Source: a virus. From it: a stretch of 64,000 bases of DNA. Positions 10,384 through 18,487 of this stretch are shown piece by piece. Below the pieces are notes generated by a model, which did not search any database, was not told the DNA's origin, and worked only from the letters and a program-made list of their open reading frames with translations. Every line of letters starts with the position of its first letter. The first letter of the stretch is position 1. The DNA lies in the IMG/VR virus record IMGVR_UViG_3300036770_007703, positions 1 through 64,000 of that record; one strand, written 5' to 3'. The translations under genes were made by a program, and so were the position numbers.

Positions 10384-10650
10384 ATGCGATATCTCATAGT
10401 AAACTATTACCAAAAGCCTTCGGGACAAATGGACGAAGTGGTGCAGATTTCCAAACGCACCCGCAACAGTGATTTACAGTCCGCTGGTGTGATCCTGGAT
10501 TTCAAAACACAACAAGTGCTCAAATGCAGTGTCAACGGGCAGGTGGGAGATCGTGATTGGACACGAGTGCGAGATTTTTACAATCAGCATTATCCCGAGA
10601 TCGTGTCCCAACTGGAAAAAGTCAATGAAAAGCAAGATAATCCTGGTTGA
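10384..10650 (+). CDS. Hypothetical protein
   Basis: 88 aa ORF in operon. Confidence 0.65.
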   Translation: MRYLIVNYYQKPSGQMDEVVQISKRTRNSDLQSAGVILDFKTQQVLKCSVNGQVGDRDWTRVRDFYNQHYPEIVSQLEKVNEKQDNPG

Positions 10651-11251
10651 TGCCGACGGTGTACTCCTGGACTGGGAGTATGCGTTCGATATCTATCTCC
10701 GCACACACGGGTTCAACAAAGTAGAGGGCGGCAATCTCAAGTACGACATCGGCAAACGCTACGGCATCGATCGAGATCAAGGCAAAAGACTGATCAAGAT
10801 CTTCAATGAATCAGCTCACATCGGATTCTTGCCACCCTTGCGCGATGCCATGTACTATGTAAAACGCTTGCACGAAGAGCATGGCTATGTGTTCCACTGC
10901 ATCACCAGCCTTAGCCGCGACGAAGACGCCCAAGAATTGCGCAGGATGAATCTCCGCAAACTGTTTGGTGAAACCGCGTTTGAAAAATTTGTTTTCTTGG
11001 ACACCGGTGCCGACAAAGACGATGCCTTGCTGCCTTATCGTGGGTCGGGGCTGTGGTGGATCGAGGACAAGATCGTGAACTGCCAAACCGGGTTGGCCTT
11101 GGGTCTGCGTCCCTTGCTCATGGAGCACGGACACAACATGGACTACGAGGATGACAACATCCCCCGTGTGCGCAACTGGCGCGAGATCTACGAAATCGTC
11201 ACCGGGCAGCGCGACGAACTGGCGGCCACTGCCCCGATGACAACGTTCTAA
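10625..11251 (+). CDS. HAD-family hydrolase (5'-nucleotidase-like)
   Basis: ILVDADGVLLDW motif I, ITS motif II, WIEDK motif IV. Start set at ATG 10625. Confidence 0.8.
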   Translation: MKSKIILVDADGVLLDWEYAFDIYLRTHGFNKVEGGNLKYDIGKRYGIDRDQGKRLIKIFNESAHIGFLPPLRDAMYYVKRLHEEHGYVFHCITSLSRDEDAQELRRMNLRKLFGETAFEKFVFLDTGADKDDALLPYRGSGLWWIEDKIVNCQTGLALGLRPLLMEHGHNMDYEDDNIPRVRNWREIYEIVTGQRDELAATAPMTTF

Positions 11252-11985
11252 GAGTACATTTCTAGAACTTTTTCGATGATGGGGTGACGTTGCACGTCGT
11301 TGGACCCTAATCGGCAGATACGTAGGCCGTCATACCTTTGCTTTTCCAATCTCGCAGCAAGGTCGATCAAGCCATTGTTGGCAACTGTTCGATCCGTTTG
11401 TTCAACGTCACCCGTGACCACTATCCTCGAACCTTCGCCGATTCGAGTCAGTAACATTTTCATCTGATTGGGCGTGGCATTTTGCATCTCGTCGGCCACG
11501 ATCCAAGCTCGCTTGAAGGTGCGTCCACGCATGAACGCCAGGGGCGAAATCTCGATGATTTCTTCCTCGATGAGGCGCACTACTTCGCGAGGGTGATAGA
11601 ATTCTTTCATGATGTCCAGCAAGGGGCGGGTCCAGGGTTCCATTTTACGCACTAGATCCCCGGGAAGGAAACCGTGTTTTTCATCTTCCACGCCCACGGC
11701 TGGACGTGTGAGTATGATACGGTCCACTGCTCCCATGCGCAAATCTCGCATGGCAGCCATCATGGCTAGATAGCTTTTACCGGTACCAGCTGGTCCTAAC
11801 ACCACTGTGGCCACGGCAGCGGGATCCAAGAGATTCACGATCAGTTGTTCTTGACCGCGTGTCTTGGGCCTTAGCTCGATGTGCCGGGATTTTCTAGCTT
11901 GGTTGAAGTCTATGGTGTTTTCTTGCTGGGGCTCTTGCTGATATTGCTGGCGGCGCTGCGCCTTGGTTCCACGTGCTCTGCTCAA
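11248..11985 (-). CDS. phoH: PhoH-family ATPase
   Basis: GPAGTGKS, LTRPAV, GFLPGD, AFMRGRTF, DEMQN, LTRIG, GDVEQTD. TTG start with AGGAGG RBS. Confidence 0.93.
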   Translation of the reverse strand: MSRARGTKAQRRQQYQQEPQQENTIDFNQARKSRHIELRPKTRGQEQLIVNLLDPAAVATVVLGPAGTGKSYLAMMAAMRDLRMGAVDRIILTRPAVGVEDEKHGFLPGDLVRKMEPWTRPLLDIMKEFYHPREVVRLIEEEIIEISPLAFMRGRTFKRAWIVADEMQNATPNQMKMLLTRIGEGSRIVVTGDVEQTDRTVANNGLIDLAARLEKQRYDGLRICRLGSNDVQRHPIIEKVLEMYS

Positions 11986-12139
11986 GTTGATCCTCCTTTG
12001 AACGTGTTGCATAGATATTTAGGTGAACCCGATCCAGAGAAATCTAGAAGTGTTTTGAGCGTAGAATCTGTATAAGTAAAAGACTGGGTTGACTATCACT
12101 GCTAAAATCCCAATCACACACACGCGGATAAATAATTGC

Positions 12140-12718
12140 ATGGACAAAGATCTGTTTAAAAATCACGAAGACTACTGGATGGTGTCGGACAACATCCGAA
12201 AACTGTATCTCAGTGAAGGCAGCATCGTGAGTCTCTTGGATTTCGAGCGTGTGCTGGACGAGCTTGATCTCTATGCTTTCAAAAACTGGCAGTTGGGCGA
12301 ATTGGTGCAAGGTCCCGTGATCAATAGATACACCGTGACCTGCACTTTTATGTGGCCAGAAAAACTCATGCCCGATCCCCGCGGCGGTCGCCGACTGTTG
12401 CCATTTGACTGCAAGATATCGTATCGTCGCACCAAGATAAAAATACCTGTCAAGATCGAAGATCCCGATGACTTTGTGCCCGGCACACACAAAGCAAGAT
12501 TGATAGAAAAATCGGTTTGGTTGGTAGAGATCGAGATGCCCAAGCGCCTCATGAATGACATACGCACGGGATCGGTGGAACTGGAAGATCAAGACATTGA
12601 TCTAGCCGAACTTGATGCGGCCTATGAAGAAGATCTGGATCAGAAAGAATATCGCGAGCAAGATGCCGACGCTCAATCTCCCGAACAAGGACAGCAAAAT
12701 GTTCCAGCCACTATCTGA
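12140..12718 (+). CDS. Conserved-looking phage hypothetical protein
   Basis: ATG directly after TAAATA; acidic C-terminus. Confidence 0.7.
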   Translation: MDKDLFKNHEDYWMVSDNIRKLYLSEGSIVSLLDFERVLDELDLYAFKNWQLGELVQGPVINRYTVTCTFMWPEKLMPDPRGGRRLLPFDCKISYRRTKIKIPVKIEDPDDFVPGTHKARLIEKSVWLVEIEMPKRLMNDIRTGSVELEDQDIDLAELDAAYEEDLDQKEYREQDADAQSPEQGQQNVPATI

Positions 12719-13238
12719 AGCCCTAGAATACAAAGACATGGAAGGCATGATCAAGCCCACCATACACGTGGACGAATTCTCGGCCAAGATGGGCGACGAC
12801 GATGACATCATCGTGATCAGCTTTTTCGTACGAGATCGACAGGCCGCAGCAGATCTCGCAGACTGGTTTGAAAAAGGCTATGACTGGGTGCTGGATGCTG
12901 ACACATCACCGGGCGAAATCAAACCCGGACGTTATCTTGTGTATATCGAAATGCGTCGCCGCAGCTCGATAGGTCGACATCTCCAGACCATGATCGAAGA
13001 TCTCAACACCTTGACCGAGCTCGAGCCCAACGAATGGCTCATGCACTATGAGGATTCTGAAACACCGTTCACGGTGGAAAACTTTGACCGCATCGTGCCA
13101 CTCAGTCCCAAAGAATACCGAGCTCGACGCGAGACCGATCTCAACGAAGTGCGCATAGCAGCCGGCTTGCCCACTCATCGCATCTATGATCAACGCGATG
13201 CTGATCTACGGAAACTGCAAAGCGCCGCGGGATTCTAG
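12699..13238 (+). CDS. Hypothetical phage protein
   Basis: Long ORF with the window's usual codon usage; start uncertain (12663 or 12699). Confidence 0.65.
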   Translation: MFQPLSEALEYKDMEGMIKPTIHVDEFSAKMGDDDDIIVISFFVRDRQAAADLADWFEKGYDWVLDADTSPGEIKPGRYLVYIEMRRRSSIGRHLQTMIEDLNTLTELEPNEWLMHYEDSETPFTVENFDRIVPLSPKEYRARRETDLNEVRIAAGLPTHRIYDQRDADLRKLQSAAGF

Positions 13239-13250
13239 CACATCAACCCA

Positions 13251-13901
13251 ATGAAGCTCAAGAGTTTTGGGTGCAGTTTTATCTTTGGTACCGATTTATG
13301 CGACATCGCGCACAGCACACATCAAGCTCTGCCCAGCAAATTGACTTGGCCGGCGCTGGTGGCACAACGACTCGAACTTGAATATTGCTGTTATGCCCGT
13401 CCCGGGGCCGGAAACCTGCGCATAGCAGAAAATGTGTTGGCACACGCTGCCAGCGGCGAACATGATTTGTTCGTGATCGGATGGACCTGGATCGATAGAT
13501 TTGACTACACCGACACCGAAGATCGCTGGCACACGTTGTTGCCCAATGACACAGGATCAGTGGCACGCACCTATTATCGTGATTTACACAGCCAGTATCG
13601 CGACAAACTCACCAATCTCATAATCATGCGCGACACTGTGTCAGTGTTGGAAAAACATGGCATACCCTATGTGATGACCTGCATGGACGAGCTGATAATG
13701 GAACAAAAGTGGCATGCCACCACAGCCGTGACCCAAGCCCAGGATTTCCTTGGTGCTAGATTGAGCGATTTTGACGGCACCAATTTCTTGGGCTGGAGCG
13801 AACGACAAGGATTTGACATCAGTGCCACCATGCATCCCTTGGAGCAGGCACATCGTGCTGCGGCAGATTTAATGTTAGCGTCATGTCAAGCAAGACTCTG
13901 A
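13251..13901 (+). CDS. SGNH/GDSL-like hydrolase or acyltransferase
   Basis: FGCSF..G, GAGN, C-terminal HP...AH. Confidence 0.65.
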   Translation: MKLKSFGCSFIFGTDLCDIAHSTHQALPSKLTWPALVAQRLELEYCCYARPGAGNLRIAENVLAHAASGEHDLFVIGWTWIDRFDYTDTEDRWHTLLPNDTGSVARTYYRDLHSQYRDKLTNLIIMRDTVSVLEKHGIPYVMTCMDELIMEQKWHATTAVTQAQDFLGARLSDFDGTNFLGWSERQGFDISATMHPLEQAHRAAADLMLASCQARL

Positions 13902-13931
13902 ATGCTAAATATCCGGGTAAAGGAGACTATT

Positions 13932-14396
13932 ATGCAACTCACCCAAAATTTCAGTCTGGCCGAGATGGTCAAAAGCGAAACTGCACTGCGTCGCGGTCTA
14001 GACAACACACCCGGTGATACCGAGATTGAAAATCTACGCACATTATGCGAGCAAGTGTTACAACCCTTGCGTGATGCCTATGGACGAGGCATCAAAGTAA
14101 ACTCGGGATTCCGCCACCCCGACGTCAACGCTGCCGTGGGCGGTAGCCGCACATCGGACCACTGCAAGGGCATGGCCGCTGACATCGAGATTCCTGGAGT
14201 CCCCAACTATGACTTGGCTGCATATATTGAGCAATATTTTGATTTCACTCAACTTATTCTTGAGTTTTATACTCCTGGTATACCCGACTCGGGTTGGGTA
14301 CACGTCAGCTACGACCCCAACAACCTCAAAAAGCAGGTCATGACAGCCATGCGCGAAAACGGCAAGACTGTTTACAAACAAGGATTGATAGCCTGA
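13932..14396 (+). CDS. Peptidase M15 family endolysin
   Basis: NFSLAEM, SGFR, S.H..G.AADI, WVHVS zinc motifs. TAAATA at 13906 and AGGAG RBS. Confidence 0.85.
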   Translation: MQLTQNFSLAEMVKSETALRRGLDNTPGDTEIENLRTLCEQVLQPLRDAYGRGIKVNSGFRHPDVNAAVGGSRTSDHCKGMAADIEIPGVPNYDLAAYIEQYFDFTQLILEFYTPGIPDSGWVHVSYDPNNLKKQVMTAMRENGKTVYKQGLIA

Positions 14397-14397
14397 C

Positions 14398-15048
14398 ATG
14401 ATCGGCATCGGTGGTGCCATCAAGGCCATATCAGCATTGTTGATCGTGGCCATCATAGCCGCAGGCGGGTGGTACATCACCGGCCTGCGAGCCGATCTAG
14501 CCATAAGCCAATCCAACGAAGTCAAGCTGCGAGAAGGCATCGAAGAGCAACAACGACTCATGGAAAAGATGCGTGTAGACATCGCGGCCATACAGCGTGC
14601 CAATAATCAGCTCAATGAAACCATCAAACGCCAGGCCGAGGATGTCACGGCACTGACAAAGAAATTCAGCCAGGATCGACAAGGCAATGCCCGAGATTTT
14701 GGTGAGTTTGCCAGTACCAAGCCCGAGTTGGTGCAAAATCTAGTGAATCGTGGCACCAAAAATGCCTATCGCTGCATGGAGATCGCATCAGGTTCACCGC
14801 TCACAGACGAAGAGCGGTCGGCCACTACCCGAGACAAAATCAACCGCGAATGTCCCAGCATCGCCAATCCCAATTATCGCGGTGGTGCCTTGGATGCTGT
14901 GGTAAAGTCGGCCGAGCGTGCGAGCGAACCTGTTCGGCCCGCCACGGTTGAAACAGTGGCACCAAAAACAGAGAGCGCACCTGCTGCTCCGGTACGCACA
15001 GCACCGCCCCCGCCAGTGCGACCACCTCCGCCGGGAGCCAAGAAATGA
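14398..15048 (+). CDS. Inner-membrane spanin-like protein (Rz-like)
   Basis: N-terminal TM helix, coiled coil, Pro-rich tail; follows the endolysin. Confidence 0.65.
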   Translation: MIGIGGAIKAISALLIVAIIAAGGWYITGLRADLAISQSNEVKLREGIEEQQRLMEKMRVDIAAIQRANNQLNETIKRQAEDVTALTKKFSQDRQGNARDFGEFASTKPELVQNLVNRGTKNAYRCMEIASGSPLTDEERSATTRDKINRECPSIANPNYRGGALDAVVKSAERASEPVRPATVETVAPKTESAPAAPVRTAPPPPVRPPPPGAKK

Positions 15049-15440
15049 TGCACAAGTTGATGACGATGGCTGTGTTGGTGCTGGCATTGCCAGGCTGCGC
15101 TGTGTTGCCCAACATCTGGGGCAAGTCCACAGAGCCGGTGGTGATAAAAAAAGAAGAAGTGGCTCGCACACCTTTGAACTTGCCCGACCCCGGTGCTCTC
15201 AAAACCACACCAGTGACTTGGATCGTGGTGACTCCTGAAAACATCAATCGTGTTTGGGAAGAGTTGCGCAACAAAAAAGCCGATCTAGTGTTGTTTGCTC
15301 TCACCGACGATGGTTACGAACAACTTTCCATAGATTTCGCACAGATCCGCAACTTCATCGAACAACAACGTCAAGTGATCGTGGAATATCGACGCTATTA
15401 CGAACCCGCCAAACCCGATCCCAAGGAAAGTAAAAAATGA
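15045..15440 (+). CDS. Lipoprotein, outer-membrane spanin-like (Rz1-like)
   Basis: Signal peptide with lipobox LPGC; Pro-rich; follows the i-spanin candidate. Confidence 0.65.
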   Translation: MMHKLMTMAVLVLALPGCAVLPNIWGKSTEPVVIKKEEVARTPLNLPDPGALKTTPVTWIVVTPENINRVWEELRNKKADLVLFALTDDGYEQLSIDFAQIRNFIEQQRQVIVEYRRYYEPAKPDPKESKK

Positions 15441-15835
15441 AAAAATTTTTCGTGATCTCAGTGCTGGCACTATCAATGTCTGGTTGTGCAGCCATCAAAG
15501 ACCAAATACCAAGTTTTTGGGACGACAATCAAAGTGCCAGCATAGTCAGCGTGCGCCAGCATGTAGAAAACATCGATTGCGCCAAACCACAGGCACCGCA
15601 AGTGATGACCATCTCTCAGAACATACGTTGGTTCCAGCTCTACAGCGAAAGCAAGGGCAGTCTGCAGAAAGATGTGCTGCGAGTGGTGGATCCCATGAGC
15701 AAGACCGTGGCCGATTGGCAATCCCGGCTGGATCAACAAGCCGAGGCGCCATCCCGGGCCTACTGCGAAATCAAGAAAAAACTCTTGACAGCGCAGTCAA
15801 AACTGGCGGCCCAGGCAGTGCTGGGACGTTATTGA
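15437..15835 (+). CDS. Lipoprotein
   Basis: MKKFFVISVLALSMSGC lipobox. Confidence 0.75.
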   Translation: MKKFFVISVLALSMSGCAAIKDQIPSFWDDNQSASIVSVRQHVENIDCAKPQAPQVMTISQNIRWFQLYSESKGSLQKDVLRVVDPMSKTVADWQSRLDQQAEAPSRAYCEIKKKLLTAQSKLAAQAVLGRY

Positions 15836-15862
15836 ATGATAAATCCCGAAAGGTTCGAAAAA

Positions 15863-16093
15863 ATGGAAGCATTGAGAGAAATGTTGGGCTGTGGCCATGG
15901 TTGGGCTGAGGAGCGTGCTCGCATCGCGCTAGAGATCACTGATCAGTATCATCAGCAAGCCATCAGTCGCGACGAATATGTAGAGCTGTTGGAAGATCTC
16001 ATCCGTACCGATGAACTGGATGTGGAAGCCAACGATGTGGCCGTGCGCGGCATGCTTGTGACCGGTGTCATGGGATTGATTTCGGTGGCCTGA
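15863..16093 (+). CDS. Hypothetical protein
   Basis: Short ORF; start uncertain (15836 or 15863). Confidence 0.6.
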   Translation: MEALREMLGCGHGWAEERARIALEITDQYHQQAISRDEYVELLEDLIRTDELDVEANDVAVRGMLVTGVMGLISVA

Positions 16094-16094
16094 T

Positions 16095-16862
16095 ATGCGT
16101 GTCATAGCCGGTCCTTGTCAGCACGAAAATCTCGCACACAGTCTCAAAATAGCCGAGCATTGCGCTCGCGTGTGTTCAAGACACGGTGTCGAATATTTTT
16201 TCAAAGCCAGTTATGACAAGGCCAATCGCAGCAGCGCTCTAGGAGTGCGTGGTCGCGGCATCGAACAGACCATGTACGATTTCACCAGCATGAAAGAACA
16301 GATGCCGGGCATACGCATACTCACCGACATACATGAACGACAGCACATAGACTACATCATGACCAAATGGCGCGATTCGGTGGATGTGTTACAGATACCC
16401 GCATTTCTATGCCGCCAAACCGACCTCGTTCAAGCAGCATGCGACACTGGTAAAATCGTGAACATCAAGAAAGGTCAGTTCTTGGCACCCTGGGACGTGG
16501 CCGGTATACTCACCAAGACCCAGGGCGAAGTATGGATCACCGAACGCGGTACCAGCTTTGGCTACAACACCTTGGTGGTAGATTTTACCGGCATCGATTA
16601 CATGTTGAATCACTACGATGTGCCCATAGTTTTTGACGTCACGCATGCGGTACAAAAACCCGGGGGCAATGGCATGAGTTCGGGCGGTAATCGAGACTAT
16701 GTTCCTGGTCTGACACGGGCTGCCGCGGCCTTGGGAGTGCGCAACTTCTTCATGGAGGTGCACGACGATCCCGATCAAGCTCCCAGTGATGGTGCCAACA
16801 TGCTGCGGCTAGACGACTTTGAATCAGTGATAGGAGCCATGGTGAGACATGCAAATGCCTGA
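16095..16862 (+). CDS. kdsA: KDO-8-phosphate synthase
   Basis: IAGPC, FKASYDKANRSS, QIPAFLCRQTDL, NIKKGQF, TERGTSFGY, DVTHAVQ, SDG. Confidence 0.93.
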   Translation: MRVIAGPCQHENLAHSLKIAEHCARVCSRHGVEYFFKASYDKANRSSALGVRGRGIEQTMYDFTSMKEQMPGIRILTDIHERQHIDYIMTKWRDSVDVLQIPAFLCRQTDLVQAACDTGKIVNIKKGQFLAPWDVAGILTKTQGEVWITERGTSFGYNTLVVDFTGIDYMLNHYDVPIVFDVTHAVQKPGGNGMSSGGNRDYVPGLTRAAAALGVRNFFMEVHDDPDQAPSDGANMLRLDDFESVIGAMVRHANA

Positions 16863-17226
16863 GATCGAAATGTATCATGGCATGGGCGCACTGTTGGCCG
16901 TGGTGGTGGGTGTGCTGGTGCTGATCCTTTGGAATTTCCAGCGCGATCGAGACAATCGCGTGGACATCAAGGATCTCATCTGCACCGATGGCGCCATCGA
17001 TGACAACAAATTTTTCCGTTTCACGGCCTGGCTGGTGTCGACCTGGGGATTCGTGTATCTCATAGTGGACCAGAGATTCAGCGAATGGTATTTTACCGGA
17101 TACATGGCCGCTTGGGTGGGCAATGCTCTGTTTGCCCGATATCTGGAATCTCGCGACACCAATTCACGCAAATCATCACCACCAACACCGCCAAAACCTA
17201 GCACTCCGTCCACAGACGTGCTATAA
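16849..17226 (+). CDS. Membrane protein, holin-like
   Basis: Three predicted hydrophobic segments; ends the lysis region. Confidence 0.5.
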   Translation: MQMPEIEMYHGMGALLAVVVGVLVLILWNFQRDRDNRVDIKDLICTDGAIDDNKFFRFTAWLVSTWGFVYLIVDQRFSEWYFTGYMAAWVGNALFARYLESRDTNSRKSSPPTPPKPSTPSTDVL

Positions 17227-17234
17227 TAACTGTT

Positions 17235-18032
17235 GTGAAAGACCTATATCAGATACTGGGTGTGCCAAGATCGGCCAGCGGCGAAGAAATCAAGCGGGCC
17301 TACCGTCGCCTGGCCAGCCAGCATCACCCCGACAAAGGTGGGGACAAATCAGTTTTCCAGGACATACAACAGGCCTACAGCATACTCAGCGACCCTGTTC
17401 AGCGTCAGCAGTACGACAATCCCGAACCTCGCATGCAGTTCAATCGTGGCCGGGGCGCTGGTCCCATGTGGAACTTCGATGACATCTTTGAAATGTTTGG
17501 CGCTCGCATGTCACCCGAGCAGGAGTTTGGTCGTGGCCGCATATCACACATACAACTCTGGATCAATCTCGAAGACGCACTGGGTGGTGAACCCAAACTC
17601 GTGAGCTTGGCCACTCCGGGCGGGCAGACCACTGCCGAAATAAACATACCACCCGGCATACAAGACGGTGATGCTGTGCGCTATGCTGGACTGGCACCTG
17701 GTGGCATGGACGTGGTGTGTACTTTTCGATTGCGCCCGCATCCGCAATGGCAGCGAGAAAATGACAATCTCATAACCGAAGTGCGAGTGGATTTTTGGCA
17801 ACTGATCGCGGGTACCACTCTCAATCTCAAGACCATTACTGGCACCATGGTCAGCGTGACCATACCCGAAAAAACCGATCCCAGCACTGTGCTGCGGGTG
17901 CGTGGCCATGGTATGCCGCGCAAACACAACGCTGCCCAGCGCGGAGACCTCATGCTGAAGCTGCAGGCGCAAATGCCCAAAGAAATACCCGATGATTTGC
18001 TACAGAGAATACGTTTGATCAACCCCCAATAA
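17235..18032 (+). CDS. DnaJ/CbpA-type chaperone (no zinc finger)
   Basis: J domain with HPD motif (QHHPDKGG) and C-terminal DnaJ_C domain. Extended -10 TGCTATAAT upstream. Confidence 0.9.
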   Translation: MKDLYQILGVPRSASGEEIKRAYRRLASQHHPDKGGDKSVFQDIQQAYSILSDPVQRQQYDNPEPRMQFNRGRGAGPMWNFDDIFEMFGARMSPEQEFGRGRISHIQLWINLEDALGGEPKLVSLATPGGQTTAEINIPPGIQDGDAVRYAGLAPGGMDVVCTFRLRPHPQWQRENDNLITEVRVDFWQLIAGTTLNLKTITGTMVSVTIPEKTDPSTVLRVRGHGMPRKHNAAQRGDLMLKLQAQMPKEIPDDLLQRIRLINPQ

Positions 18033-18040
18033 ATATTTTT

Positions 18041-18487
18041 ATGAAGCTGGATGACTCGATTTTACATGACACAGTACCGCACACCGAGCTGGGCAGCCTG
18101 ATGTCCAATCGCAGACTGGCCGATCGCATGTTCCGGGTCATGCGTCGCGAAGGTGGTATCGGTCTTGCAGCCACTCAAGTGGGCGTGGCCAAACGCATGT
18201 TTGTGATGGAGGTGCAGGGCCGTGACCGTGCTTGCTGGAATCCAGAAATCCTGGATTCCAGTTCCGAACAACAAGAATCGGTGGAAGGTTGTTTGAGTTT
18301 TCCCGGAGACTCGTGTACAATCAAAAGACCAACCACTGTGCGAGTGAGGTATTACAACTGTGCTGGGAAACTGCAAGAAGAAACGCTGACGGGTCTAGAA
18401 GCTCGATGTTTCCAACACGAGCTGGATCATCTAGACGGAATAACCATGTGGGATAGACAGAGAGAGCAGAATGCAACAAAATCCTGA
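18041..18487 (+). CDS. def: Peptide deformylase
   Basis: GIGLAATQV, EGCLS, QHELDHLDG. Confidence 0.93.
   Translation: MKLDDSILHDTVPHTELGSLMSNRRLADRMFRVMRREGGIGLAATQVGVAKRMFVMEVQGRDRACWNPEILDSSSEQQESVEGCLSFPGDSCTIKRPTTVRVRYYNCAGKLQEETLTGLEARCFQHELDHLDGITMWDRQREQNATKS

Noticed and set aside
14918-15238. Alternative-frame ORF as an embedded Rz1
   Set aside because: It has no lipobox, and a proper lipoprotein gene follows at 15045.
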